A program made the translations under genes and the position numbers. Of a stretch of DNA of 35,991 nt, positions 1-9,271 are shown piece by piece (positions within the stretch are counted from its first letter, which is position 1; every line of letters begins with the position of its first letter). The stretch is from Nitrospirota bacterium. Lineage in GTDB: Bacteria > Nitrospirota > Thermodesulfovibrionia > Thermodesulfovibrionales > JdFR-85. The stretch spans positions 1-35,991 of the forward strand of contig JAADGU010000011.1 in the NCBI GenBank assembly GCA_013152195.1, in the 5' to 3' direction. The notes beneath the pieces were generated by a model, which did no database searches, was not told the origin of the DNA, and was given only the letters and a program-made list of their open reading frames with translations.

Positions 1-1557
1 TCAAGTCGCAGGAAGATCATGATTCTTGGCAGCGGGCCTAACCGTATTGGTCAGGGTATAGAGTTTGACTACTGCTGTGTCCATGCGGTTTTTGCCCTTA
101 AAGAGATGGGTTATGAGACCATAATGGTGAACTGCAATCCAGAGACCGTCAGCACTGATTATGACACATCAGACAGGCTGTATTTTGAGCCCCTCACGCT
201 GGAGGATGTGTTGAGTATAATCGAGGTGGAGAAGCCGGAAGGTGTTATCGTCCAGTTCGGGGGGCAGACCCCTCTGAAATTAGCCGTTCCGCTTGAGAGG
301 GAAGGGGTAAGGATTCTTGGTACCCCTCCGGATGCCATTGACAGGGCAGAAGACAGAAGGAGGTTTAAGGAGCTTCTGCATAAACTTGGTCTGAGGCAGC
401 CCAATAGTGGGACGGCCATGAGTCCTGATGAGGCCGTCAGGGTGGGAAGAGAGATTGGCTACCCGGTAATGGTAAGACCCTCATATGTGCTTGGTGGCAG
501 GGCAATGGAGATTGTCTATGATGAGGCCTCACTGCAGGATTACATGCAGAGGGCGGTGAAGGCTTCGCCTGAACACCCTGTGCTTATTGACAAATATATA
601 ATGGATGCCATAGAGGTGGATGTGGATGCGGTCTCGGATGGGGAAGTTGTTGTTATCGGCGGACTGATGGAGCACATTGAGGAGGCTGGAATTCACTCAG
701 GGGATTCAGCCTGCTCCCTCCCTCCCTTTTCGCTCTCCGAGGAGATAGTCGGGGAGATAAAGAGGCAGGCGAGGGCACTTGCCAGGGAGATCGGGGTTGT
801 GGGACTCATGAATATCCAGTTTGCTGTGAAGGATAGCGACATCTATATCCTTGAGGTAAACCCAAGGGCATCAAGGACTATTCCCTTTGTGAGCAAGGCA
901 ACAGGTGTTCCCCTTGCAAAGATAGCAGCAAAGGTGATGGCCGGCACGAGACTGGAAGAACTCGGTCTGGTCTCTGAGCCGGCGTTGGGACATGTAGCAG
1001 TAAAGGAGGCAGTCTTTCCCTTTGACAGGTTTTCCGGAGTGGATACCATCCTGGGCCCTGAGATGAAGTCTACAGGTGAGGTCATGGGTATTGACAGGGA
1101 TTTCGGCCTTGCCTATGCCAAGGCCGAGGCATCGGCAAACAATCAGATACCGCTTGAGGGTAAGGTCTTTATAAGCGTGAGGGATGAGGATAAACCTGCT
1201 GTCCTGCCAATTGCCACGACATTTATTGAACAGGGTCTTAAGGTTGTAACCACGAGGGGAACCGCTTCTTTTCTGAAAGAGCATGGTCTCAATGCAGGGG
1301 TTGTGAACAAGCTCAAGGAGGGAAGGCCGAATGTTGTTGACCTTATCAAGAACAAGGAGATAAGTTTCATAATAAATACTGTTGAGAGTGCTGCAGCCCG
1401 GAAGGATTCCTTCTACATAAGACAGAGCGCCCTGGAGTACAAGGTTCCCTATACTACGACAATCTCTGGTGCCAGGGCCGTTGCAAGGGCACTTAAGGGG
1501 CTGAAGGAAAAACGCCTGACCATACTATCCATACAGGAGTACCATAGCAAAGGTTAA
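1..1557 (+). CDS. carB: Carbamoyl-phosphate synthase large subunit, C-terminal half (5' part outside window)
   Basis: Frame is open from base 1. Contains ILGSGPNRIGQGIEFDYCCVH, ATP-grasp motifs (VRPSYVLGGRAM, HIEEAGIHSGDS, EVNPRASRT) and a C-terminal MGS-like domain. Confidence 0.97.
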   Translation, partial: SSRRKIMILGSGPNRIGQGIEFDYCCVHAVFALKEMGYETIMVNCNPETVSTDYDTSDRLYFEPLTLEDVLSIIEVEKPEGVIVQFGGQTPLKLAVPLEREGVRILGTPPDAIDRAEDRRRFKELLHKLGLRQPNSGTAMSPDEAVRVGREIGYPVMVRPSYVLGGRAMEIVYDEASLQDYMQRAVKASPEHPVLIDKYIMDAIEVDVDAVSDGEVVVIGGLMEHIEEAGIHSGDSACSLPPFSLSEEIVGEIKRQARALAREIGVVGLMNIQFAVKDSDIYILEVNPRASRTIPFVSKATGVPLAKIAAKVMAGTRLEELGLVSEPALGHVAVKEAVFPFDRFSGVDTILGPEMKSTGEVMGIDRDFGLAYAKAEASANNQIPLEGKVFISVRDEDKPAVLPIATTFIEQGLKVVTTRGTASFLKEHGLNAGVVNKLKEGRPNVVDLIKNKEISFIINTVESAAARKDSFYIRQSALEYKVPYTTTISGARAVARALKGLKEKRLTILSIQEYHSKG

Positions 1558-1560
1558 TGC

Positions 1561-2886
1561 ATGGGCAGAGAAGATGTTGATTTTATTATAAAGGGTGAGT
1601 ACGTTCTGACCATGACAGATGGGGGGCCTCTGCTTGGTGGTGCCGTGGCTGTAAGAGATGGTTACATTGTCGATGTTGGATTATCGGATGATTTAGAGGG
1701 CAGATATTTGCCGGATGAAGTCCTTGGTGGCAGTGCAAAGGCAGTAATGCCTGGCCTTGTCAACACCCATACTCATGCTGCCATGGTATTTTTCAGGGGA
1801 ATGGCTGATGACCTTCCTCTCAGGGTCTGGCTTGAGGATAATATATGGCCTGCAGAGGCAAGATGGCTGAGCCCTGATTTTGTCAGGGACGCAACTGAAC
1901 TGGCCTGCCTCGAGATGCTGAAGGCTGGAGTGACACTTTACAATGATATGTATTTTTTTGAGGATGCCTCTGCTGAGGGGATAAAGAGGCTCGGGATAAG
2001 GGCTGTTCTTGGAGCCGGCATCCTGGACTTTCCGACTGCCACTGCTCAGAATACTGCAGAGTATTTTGAGAGGGCCGAGGATTTTATAAAGAGATGGCTT
2101 GGAGATGAACTTATCACCCCCTCTATTGCGCCGCATGCCCCTTATACCTGCAGTCCCGGGACTTACCGGAGGGCCCTTGCTATAGGGGAGGAATATAACA
2201 TTCCTGTCCATACCCACCTCTGTGAAACCCGCTGGGAGGTGGAAGAGATAAAGAGAGTTTATGGCAAGTCCCCAATTGAGCACCTTGACTCCCATGGACT
2301 GCTCAATTCCCGCGTTGTTGCCGCCCATTGTGTCTGGCCCACAGAACGTGAAATAGAGATACTCGCTGAACGTGGTGTAAGTGTAGCACACTGCCTTGAG
2401 AGCAATCTCAAGCTTGCCTCAGGTATTGCCCCTGTGGTAAAGATGCTTGACGCTGGAATAAGGGTTGCCTTTGGCACTGATGGTGCAGCCAGCAATAATG
2501 ACCTTGATGTGATGAGCGAGATGTCAACAGCGGCAAAACTGCACAAGGCAGTCTCTGAAGACCCCACCGCACTCTCTGCACGTACTGCCCTGTTAATGGC
2601 CACCCTCCGGGGTGCTGAAGCCCTTGGCCTTGGAGAGAGGTTAGGGAGTCTTGAAAAGGGTAAACTTGCCGATATAGTGATAGTTGATCTTGATAAACCC
2701 CACCTTGCCCCGATTTATAATATCTATTCCCACCTTGTATATTCAGCAAAGGCCTCTGATGTGGAGAGCGTGATGGTTAATGGCAGATTGGTTATAAATG
2801 GTTATAAATCAATCATTACGCAGGAAGAGGAGATAATTTTTAAGGCCAGGGAGTGGAAAGACAGGATCGTGTCAGGGACGAGCTGA
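1561..2886 (+). CDS. mtaD: Amidohydrolase, 5'-methylthioadenosine/S-adenosylhomocysteine deaminase-like
   Basis: Metal motifs NTHTH, HTHLCE, AAHCV, GTDGAASNN; N-terminal RGMADDLPL..WL...IWP typical of the MtaD subfamily. Confidence 0.85.
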   Translation: MGREDVDFIIKGEYVLTMTDGGPLLGGAVAVRDGYIVDVGLSDDLEGRYLPDEVLGGSAKAVMPGLVNTHTHAAMVFFRGMADDLPLRVWLEDNIWPAEARWLSPDFVRDATELACLEMLKAGVTLYNDMYFFEDASAEGIKRLGIRAVLGAGILDFPTATAQNTAEYFERAEDFIKRWLGDELITPSIAPHAPYTCSPGTYRRALAIGEEYNIPVHTHLCETRWEVEEIKRVYGKSPIEHLDSHGLLNSRVVAAHCVWPTEREIEILAERGVSVAHCLESNLKLASGIAPVVKMLDAGIRVAFGTDGAASNNDLDVMSEMSTAAKLHKAVSEDPTALSARTALLMATLRGAEALGLGERLGSLEKGKLADIVIVDLDKPHLAPIYNIYSHLVYSAKASDVESVMVNGRLVINGYKSIITQEEEIIFKAREWKDRIVSGTS

Positions 2887-3112
2887 CAAGCGAGCAAGCT
2901 AACAAGCGAGCAAGAACAGGCTAACAAGCGAGCAAGCGAGCAAGCTAACAAGCCTAAAGCCTAAAGCCTAAAGCCTAAAGCCTAAAGCCTAAAGCCTAAA
3001 GCCTAAAGCCTAAAGCCTAAAGCCTAAAGCCTACAAGCCTACAAGCCTACAAGCCTACAAGCCTACAAGCCTACAAGCCTACAAGCCTACAAGCCTACAA
3101 GCCTACAAGCCT
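2886..3112. repeat. Compound short tandem repeat: degenerate RCAAGCKA units, then (AGCCTAA)x11, then (AGCCTACA)x10
   Basis: Read directly: degenerate 8-mers at 2886-2950, 11 perfect 7-mers at 2951-3027, 10 perfect 8-mers at 3028-3107, plus AGCCT. Confidence 0.97.
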
Positions 3113-3126
3113 TTTAATTTTAAAAA

Positions 3127-4374
3127 CTATCTCTTCAGATTTACAACCTCCTGAAGAAGGTCGTCAGTAGTGGTGATTATCCTCGAGTTTGCCTGAAAAC
3201 CCCTCTGTGCAGCTATCATTTTGATGAATTCCTCTGCAAGGTCAACATTGCTCAGCTCAAGAGAGGCACTCAGAACCCTGCCGATTCCGGCTGTGCCCGG
3301 CTCTCCTATTATCGGCTGCCCTGATGAAAAGGATTCGGCGTAGAGGTTTCTGCCTATCTTGGTCAATTCCGTAGGGGCCGTAAACTTTGCAAGAGAAAGA
3401 CGGGCTACCGGTTTTGTCTGTCCATTTGTAAATATACCTGTAATAGTGCCGTCCTCTGATACGCTTAGTGTCTTGAGTGAACCGGCAGTGAACCCGTCCT
3501 GACTGAGAAAGACCGTGGCAGAGGCAGAACCGTACTGGCTCATGTCAGATATGTTAAACCTGACACTCTGTGCGCCGGTTGCGCCCCAGGGAGAAAAATC
3601 AAAAGTGGCTGTGAATTCCGGAGGGTCAGGGGTTGTGAGGCTCCCGGTATCGTCAAACTGGAGGGCCTGCGTCTCGATTATGGAATATGTTGGGGGATCA
3701 GTAGCCGGGTCTGTGACTGTGACGACATTTGTCTCCCACTGGTTTGCGGCTGTCTTTGTAAAATATGTAGTCAGGAGATGGTCGTTGCCCAGGCTGTCAT
3801 AGATCGTCAGGGATGTGGAAAAGTTGGACGTGCCCGACGTGTTTGTGATATCAAAGGGGCCTGTCACTGCATCCCTTGAGTCAAGGTTTACTGAAAACTC
3901 GGCATTGGCTGTTGGCTGTGGAGCACTGTTGAGGGATGCAACCGAGATGTCCCCTACCACACCTGTAGCACTGCCTCCCGAGTCATAGAGATAACCCTGA
4001 ACTCTCAGATTATCGGGTGTTACGAGATAACCATCCTTGTCGAGGGTAAACTGTCCGGCCCTTGTGTAAAAGTTTGAATTATCTTCCTTGACCATGAAGA
4101 ACCCATCGCCGTCAATTGCCATGTCAAGGGCGCTTGCCGTTGTCTCAAAAGAACCCTGGGTGAAGAGGGGGGAAATATCACTCACTATAACTCCTCTTCC
4201 AATTTGTGAGTTGCCCGAAGTTCCTGTGATGGTCTGGCTTAAGACATCACCAAATGCTACCCTGCTTGCCTTGTATCCAACTGTGTTCATGTTTGCAACG
4301 TTGTCACCTATTACCGAGAGAGAAGTCCCGTTTGCATTGAGTCCGCTTATTGCTGAAAAAAGGGCGGTTAACAT
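3127..4374 (-). CDS. flgE: Flagellar hook protein FlgE
   Basis: N-terminal MLTALFSAISGL..IGDNVANMNTVGYK and C-terminal LELSNVDLAEEFIKMIAAQRGFQANSR. ATG at 4374 is preceded by AGGAGG. Confidence 0.96.
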   Translation of the reverse strand: MLTALFSAISGLNANGTSLSVIGDNVANMNTVGYKASRVAFGDVLSQTITGTSGNSQIGRGVIVSDISPLFTQGSFETTASALDMAIDGDGFFMVKEDNSNFYTRAGQFTLDKDGYLVTPDNLRVQGYLYDSGGSATGVVGDISVASLNSAPQPTANAEFSVNLDSRDAVTGPFDITNTSGTSNFSTSLTIYDSLGNDHLLTTYFTKTAANQWETNVVTVTDPATDPPTYSIIETQALQFDDTGSLTTPDPPEFTATFDFSPWGATGAQSVRFNISDMSQYGSASATVFLSQDGFTAGSLKTLSVSEDGTITGIFTNGQTKPVARLSLAKFTAPTELTKIGRNLYAESFSSGQPIIGEPGTAGIGRVLSASLELSNVDLAEEFIKMIAAQRGFQANSRIITTTDDLLQEVVNLKR

Positions 4375-4376
4375 TT

Positions 4377-4994
4377 TCAGACACCTCCTGCCCATATTTC
4401 TTTAATCTCACCGAGGGAAACCCTCGAGTTGTTGTCAAGCACAAGATATGTAATGCCGTCCTCAAAGCTGATGCCTGTAACCATTGACAGGGTCTCTGTG
4501 GAGACTGGTACCGAATTCCCGTTATTATCGGCGGCAGAGAAATTTACTGTATACAGGCCGTCGGGGAGGGGATTGCCGTTATTGTCTGTCCCATCCCAGA
4601 CGTATTTGCCGCCGCCGGCAGGCTGTTTCCCCAATTCAATGGCTCTGACGACCTCACCAGAGGAGTTATTGATGTTCAGTGTCATCTTTTCCACATTCTG
4701 TGAGACCTCGTAGGAGATCGCTGCAGAACCTTCAAGGTTTACACGATTGCCTTCAACCTTTACCATCTTACTCATAAGGTTTGTGGCAAGTGCGTTATTA
4801 AGGGAGTCCTGGTAGGAGAGGATTCCATCAAGGGTGTCTCCCATACTTATAAGTTGTTCGAGTGAACTGAACTGTGCAAGTTGTGCAGTAAACTCGGTAC
4901 TGTCCATAGGGTTTAGCGGGCTCTGATATCTCAGTTGGGTAGTAAACAGCCTTAAGAAATCGTCTTTTCCCACTGTTCCTGTCACTGGATTCAT
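4377..4994 (-). CDS. flgD: Flagellar hook capping protein FlgD
   Basis: KDDFLRLFTTQLRYQSPLNPMDSTEFTAQLAQFSSLEQ and the Ig-like WDGTDNNG..LPDGLY motif. Confidence 0.96.
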   Translation of the reverse strand: MNPVTGTVGKDDFLRLFTTQLRYQSPLNPMDSTEFTAQLAQFSSLEQLISMGDTLDGILSYQDSLNNALATNLMSKMVKVEGNRVNLEGSAAISYEVSQNVEKMTLNINNSSGEVVRAIELGKQPAGGGKYVWDGTDNNGNPLPDGLYTVNFSAADNNGNSVPVSTETLSMVTGISFEDGITYLVLDNNSRVSLGEIKEIWAGGV

Positions 4995-5017
4995 TTCTTT
5001 CCTCCTTCTGTCATGGA

Positions 5018-6232
5018 CTATACGCGGATACTGACCGTGTATAGTCCCTGGTTAGCATGGTTTGACCTCTGTGGATTTACTTCTATGTCCTTTATATCTT
5101 TCTGGTTATCCCCGGCCTTCATCGATTTTTTATAACCCCTGTTTTTCAGGAAGAGTGAAAAACCTCCGGGAGTTAATCCCGCTTTTGCAAGGCTGTCGAA
5201 AAGCTGGGGCATGTTGTTCTGTAAATCCATCAGGCTCTTTAGCTTCTCAACTCCCAGCTCAGCCCTCACCTCGCCGTCATGTACAGATACCTCGATATCT
5301 ATCTTCCCGAGGCCTTCGGGTTCTATTGTGAGTTCTATGGAGGGGTTTTTGTGGGAAGAAGTTGCCTTGTTTATCTGTGTGCCGGACGTTTCCGGGAGTT
5401 TTTCAGAAAGGATGGTCTCTCCTGTCTTGTGGGTGCTGGAGTTACGGTTTATGTGCTGGGATTCTGTTTCAGGAATATCAATTTTTTGAAAGACGAAAGA
5501 GTTTTCGTTGCTGGGTCTGCTCTCCGGCCGGGAGGATATATCAGCGTCTTTCCTGTTCTGATGAAGTCCGGTTTCAAGCCCGGAGGCATCCTCAGGTGTT
5601 TTGCCGTTTAATATTGGATTGACCGAGGCCGTTTTTCCCGGCGTTGCATTGTTTTTGCCAGGTCCTTCTGTTTTTGGAGGTGTTCTTTGCTGGCCTGTGG
5701 TATTGTTGATAACAGCTGATTCCTCGGGGTTTGCAGGTTTAAGCTTATAGATTGCATTAGAGCCGTTCGTGTTTGGGATCTCCTTCTGTGTCTGAAGCGA
5801 TGCAGTTGTGGTTGCCTTGCCGTTCCCGGTAGTTGTTCCAGCGGAGGTTTCCTGTGCCTTATTCCCGGCCTTGCCTATAATGTTTGCCTGGTTCGGGGTA
5901 TCCGTAACTCCTGTTTTGTCCTGAGAGTTTTCCTGGCTTTGGTTTGTGCCAAGGGCCGCTTTAATAATATCTGACAGTACCGGAGATTGCTTCTCTCCGA
6001 TACCGGTTTGCTGCTGCGCAGCGGTGTCCGGGGTTAGAGCTGTTCCCCCTGATTCAGCACTCTTCCGGCCTCCCAGAGCGTTTTCTGGGTTCGGTGTGGA
6101 GACAGTGGACATAAAAAAGGGCAGAAATACAGAAAATGTTGCTGCTGTATCCACTCCTTTTTCTCCGGAGGAGGGACCTTTTTTTTCAGTGTCCGGCGTG
6201 CCCGGGACTATATTTATCGATGGAAGCAGCAT
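5018..6232 (-). CDS. fliK: Flagellar hook-length control protein FliK
   Basis: Long T/S/P/G/N/K-rich low-complexity region followed by the T3S4-like C-terminal motif LTIEPEGLGKIDIEVSV; lies upstream of flgD. Start is placed at ATG 6232 because the longer ORF overlaps a sigma54 promoter; GTG 6154 is an alternative. Confidence 0.8.
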   Translation of the reverse strand: MLLPSINIVPGTPDTEKKGPSSGEKGVDTAATFSVFLPFFMSTVSTPNPENALGGRKSAESGGTALTPDTAAQQQTGIGEKQSPVLSDIIKAALGTNQSQENSQDKTGVTDTPNQANIIGKAGNKAQETSAGTTTGNGKATTTASLQTQKEIPNTNGSNAIYKLKPANPEESAVINNTTGQQRTPPKTEGPGKNNATPGKTASVNPILNGKTPEDASGLETGLHQNRKDADISSRPESRPSNENSFVFQKIDIPETESQHINRNSSTHKTGETILSEKLPETSGTQINKATSSHKNPSIELTIEPEGLGKIDIEVSVHDGEVRAELGVEKLKSLMDLQNNMPQLFDSLAKAGLTPGGFSLFLKNRGYKKSMKAGDNQKDIKDIEVNPQRSNHANQGLYTVSIRV

Positions 6233-6247
6233 TACAACGTTATGTAT

Positions 6248-6263
6248 AGCAAGTGATATGCCA
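6248..6263 (-). promoter_or_regulatory. Sigma54 (-24/-12) promoter for fliK-flgD-flgE
   Basis: Minus strand TGGCAT-ATCAC-TTGCT matches the TGGCAC-N5-TTGCW consensus. Confidence 0.85.
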
Positions 6264-6341
6264 GGCCCGGGCAGACCTTCCAGCCGGATAAAACCCTGTC
6301 TTTTCAATGTCTTCTGGTTTGCGGGTCTGGTGGTATAAGAA

Positions 6342-6372
6342 GATTTTTCCTTTGGAAGGGAATTTTTTTCTC
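6342..6372. promoter_or_regulatory. Candidate enhancer (UAS) for a sigma54 activator, copy 1
   Basis: GATTTTTCCTTTGGAAGGGAATTTTTTTCTC is 25/31 identical to 13015-13045; both lie upstream of flagellar sigma54 promoters. Confidence 0.6.
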
Positions 6373-6386
6373 AGTGAGGTTGTTCT

Positions 6387-6923
6387 TTATCGTTTCTTTT
6401 TCATCTTTACGATCAACTTTTCAAGTCCTGGTATCTCCGTAATCTTTTTAGTCAGCCTTGCAGCCTTTCTCGGGGCCATCATGGAGAGGATATTTGCGGC
6501 CTTTCGCGGTTTCATAAATGCAAGGACCTTTACGGCCGTCTTCTCATCAAGCTCTTCAAGTCTTATTGCCGCCTCTTCAGGCTGCATCTTCTCGTATGTC
6601 TTTACCACATGCTGAATTTTTTCCTCTTTTGTGTTGTCTATCTCTGCAAGTATTTTCTCAACTCTTTCAAGGATATATTCATATTCCTTTATCCTTGCCA
6701 TGATATCTTTTCCCAGCTCCTGAAGTGCCTTCTCCCTTTCCTGCAGCAGCTGCTCCTTCTGGTCAAGTTCAGCCCCCTTGGTTTGAAGATATTGAAGGAG
6801 ATCGTCCTGTGAATAAACAGGAGAGGGCGTTGCAATAATTATAATCAGCAATGATGTCAGGATGAATCCTGGAATAAGCAGTGCCGGGTAAAGCGACTTT
6901 AATATGCCCGGGAGTTTTTTCAT
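6387..6923 (-). CDS. MotE/FlbB/YlxF-like flagellar protein (MgtE N-terminal-like domain)
   Basis: N-terminal hydrophobic segment, coiled coil, and YEKMQPEEAA..LEELD...AVKVLAFMKPRKAANIL..M.P motif; usual position between fliJ and fliK. Confidence 0.8.
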   Translation of the reverse strand: MKKLPGILKSLYPALLIPGFILTSLLIIIIATPSPVYSQDDLLQYLQTKGAELDQKEQLLQEREKALQELGKDIMARIKEYEYILERVEKILAEIDNTKEEKIQHVVKTYEKMQPEEAAIRLEELDEKTAVKVLAFMKPRKAANILSMMAPRKAARLTKKITEIPGLEKLIVKMKKKR

Positions 6924-7354
6924 CTCTTTATCCTTGTGGTGAATATGAAGTCGAATTCTTTCTGTTCCTTACGGTTGTTTGCCCTTGTCTCATTCAAACA
7001 TAGCTTTCCCCTGAGTTTCTCAACGAGCATCTTCTCCTTATATGCCTCTATCAGCAGTTTCTGCGTTTCATCAAGCTCTGCTATCTTTTTTATGATTGCC
7101 TCCCTCTGCTGGCACATCCTTATGTTCATCTGTGAGAAGTAGGAATGGAAGGTCTTGAGGGAGCCTGGATCTATGACATCATGTATCTGGTGGTCTTTAA
7201 AGGTTTCGAGGTTACCGGAAAGCTCTGTTTCCATGGTTTTCAGGCGTGCCTCTTCCTGATTAATAATGCCCTGCAGACGGTTTATCTCCATCTCGATCTC
7301 TTCCTTGCGCCACTCCTTTAATTTCAGGAGGCTGTTTAATGAATCTGATTTCAT
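6920..7354 (-). CDS. fliJ: Flagellar export chaperone FliJ
   Basis: 144-aa coiled-coil protein with L..LLKLK..R.E start and EQKEFD end; directly after fliI. Confidence 0.85.
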   Translation of the reverse strand: MKSDSLNSLLKLKEWRKEEIEMEINRLQGIINQEEARLKTMETELSGNLETFKDHQIHDVIDPGSLKTFHSYFSQMNIRMCQQREAIIKKIAELDETQKLLIEAYKEKMLVEKLRGKLCLNETRANNRKEQKEFDFIFTTRIKR

Positions 7355-8673
7355 AGTTCTTCTGCCTCAAAGAGGAGATAGAGTCCCTGAAGGCTGTCTC
7401 CCATGTCCCGTCTGTCATTTATGCCCTGCTTCAGGTAGCCACGCAGTCTGTCTATCATCTTTATGGCCCTGTCAACCTTCGGGTTTGTGCCTTCCTTGTA
7501 TGCACCGATGCTTATGAGGTCTTCATATTTCTTGTATGTGGACAGGTTTTCAATAAACATCATTGCAAGCTCTCTGTGTCGTTCGTTAACTATATCCAGC
7601 ATTACCCTGCTGACACTCCTTAATATATCAATTGCAGGGTAGACCCCCTCCATTGCAAGGTCCCTTGACAGGACTATATGACCGTCAAGAACAGACATGG
7701 AAGCGTCTGCCACAGGGTCGGTAAGGTCATCGCCTTCAACGAGTACGGTATAAAGCCCTGTGATGCTTCCGTTGTCTGAAGAGGTTCCGGCCCTTTCAAG
7801 CAGCCTTGGCATCAGGGTAAAGACTGAAGGAGTGTATCCCTTGGTGGTGGGTGGTTCTCCAATGGCAAGACCAACTTCCCTCTGTGCCATTGAGACCCTT
7901 GTCAGCGAGTCCATCATCAAAAGCACATCCATTCCCTGGTCCCTGAAATACTCTGCAATGGCCGTTGTGGTGAAGGCAGCCCTTACCTTTGCCAGGGGAG
8001 GCTCCTGGGCTGTACAGACTATCACCACTGACTTCTTCAGCCCTTCCTCTCCGAGGTCTCTTTCAATAAACTCCCTTACCTCCCTGCTCCTTTCACCGAT
8101 AAGACCTATTACATTCACCGTTGCCTCGGTATATCTTGCAATCATTCCAAGCAACACACTCTTGCCAACGCCGGTTCCAGCCATGATTCCCACCCTCTGC
8201 CCCTTTCCGCAGGTGAGTAATCCATTTATGGCCCTGATACCGAGGTCCATAGGTTCGGATATCCGCTGCCTTTCAAGCGGGTTGATCTGTTCTCCAAAGA
8301 GCGGATACGCATGACCTTCAATCCTTCCTTTTCCATCTATGGGGTTTCCGAGTGCATCTATCACCCTGCCAACGAGGTGCGGCGATACATTTACAGAGAG
8401 CTTCCTGCCCACCGGCAGTACCCTGCTGCCCGACTTTATACCCTGAATATCACCGACGGCCATAAGTAGTGCCTTATCGTCTTTGAAACCAACCACTTCG
8501 GCATCAACTATTGCCCCCCCTTCAGAGTAGACCTTGCAGGCCTCTCCAATGCTTGCCTTCATGCCTGTGGCCTTGAGGATAACACCTGTGATTTCAACCA
8601 CCCTGCCATAGACCCTCATCGGGTCAATACCCTCAAGGCTGTCTATATATCTCTCAATCGTTACTGTTTCCAA
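7351..8673 (-). CDS. fliI: Flagellar export ATPase FliI
   Basis: Walker A GTGVGKS, MDSLTR..MAQRE.GL..GEPPTTKGYTPS, LDGHIVLSR. Likely TTG start at 8673 with GGAG upstream; ORF track gives 8694. Confidence 0.96.
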   Translation of the reverse strand: METVTIERYIDSLEGIDPMRVYGRVVEITGVILKATGMKASIGEACKVYSEGGAIVDAEVVGFKDDKALLMAVGDIQGIKSGSRVLPVGRKLSVNVSPHLVGRVIDALGNPIDGKGRIEGHAYPLFGEQINPLERQRISEPMDLGIRAINGLLTCGKGQRVGIMAGTGVGKSVLLGMIARYTEATVNVIGLIGERSREVREFIERDLGEEGLKKSVVIVCTAQEPPLAKVRAAFTTTAIAEYFRDQGMDVLLMMDSLTRVSMAQREVGLAIGEPPTTKGYTPSVFTLMPRLLERAGTSSDNGSITGLYTVLVEGDDLTDPVADASMSVLDGHIVLSRDLAMEGVYPAIDILRSVSRVMLDIVNERHRELAMMFIENLSTYKKYEDLISIGAYKEGTNPKVDRAIKMIDRLRGYLKQGINDRRDMGDSLQGLYLLFEAEEL

Positions 8674-9271
8674 TATCTTCTCCGAGGTCCTCAACCAGGT
8701 TTGTTAGTTGTGATTCAAAGTCAGTGATTACCTCTTCTTCAGGTCCAATCACCAGGGGACTGGCTGCCGGTATGGAGGGGTCTGTGTCAAATCTTATTTC
8801 AGGGTGTATGGCAAGCAGTTCAGGTTTGTGTTTTGAGATAAGTTCCTTAAGGGCAGGGTTTATCTTTATTGTTATTGTCCCTGTTCTTTCTATTTTTTCC
8901 ATTGCAGCTTTTATGAGGTTGATTATTACTTCAGGGTTTTGCCTGATTTCATCCCTGAGTATCTTCTTTGCCATGGCTACTGACAGGGTAAAAACCTGTG
9001 GTTGGACTTCTGTCAGGACCTTTTTTTTCAGATCTTTTATCTCTGCAAGTATCATTTCAAGCCTTTCCAGAAGCATCAATGCCTTTTCCTCTCCAACCAC
9101 GTATCCGGCTTCTTCACCCGCGCTGAACCCTTTTTCATATGCGGCTCTTTCAATGGCGGCTGTATTCTGGTTGAAGCTCCTCTCTGTAGTGTCCCCGGTC
9201 TGTTTATGTTCAAGAGAGGGCATACCGAACTCCGTGATTCTCTGATCCCGAAGGACTTTCGCTTTAGACAA
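8654..9271 (-). CDS. fliH: Flagellar assembly protein FliH
   Basis: AYEKGFSAGEEAGYVVG (AxxxG(xxxG)n repeat); lies between fliG and fliI; TTG start. Confidence 0.9.
   Translation of the reverse strand: MSKAKVLRDQRITEFGMPSLEHKQTGDTTERSFNQNTAAIERAAYEKGFSAGEEAGYVVGEEKALMLLERLEMILAEIKDLKKKVLTEVQPQVFTLSVAMAKKILRDEIRQNPEVIINLIKAAMEKIERTGTITIKINPALKELISKHKPELLAIHPEIRFDTDPSIPAASPLVIGPEEEVITDFESQLTNLVEDLGEDIGNSND

Noticed and set aside
1561-2886. Functional link between MtaD (MTA removal) and LuxI (MTA producer)
   Set aside because: The genes are over 30 kb apart and mtaD is coupled to carB; no shared regulatory site was seen.
2951-3107. CRISPR array or telomere-like repeat (minus strand reads TTTAGGC)
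   Set aside because: Units are 7-8 bp with no spacers and no cas genes nearby; the tract is internal between intact bacterial genes, so the telomere resemblance is treated as coincidence.
6233-6307. N-terminal extension of the 429-aa FliK ORF
   Set aside because: It overlaps a consensus sigma54 promoter, so it is probably not translated.
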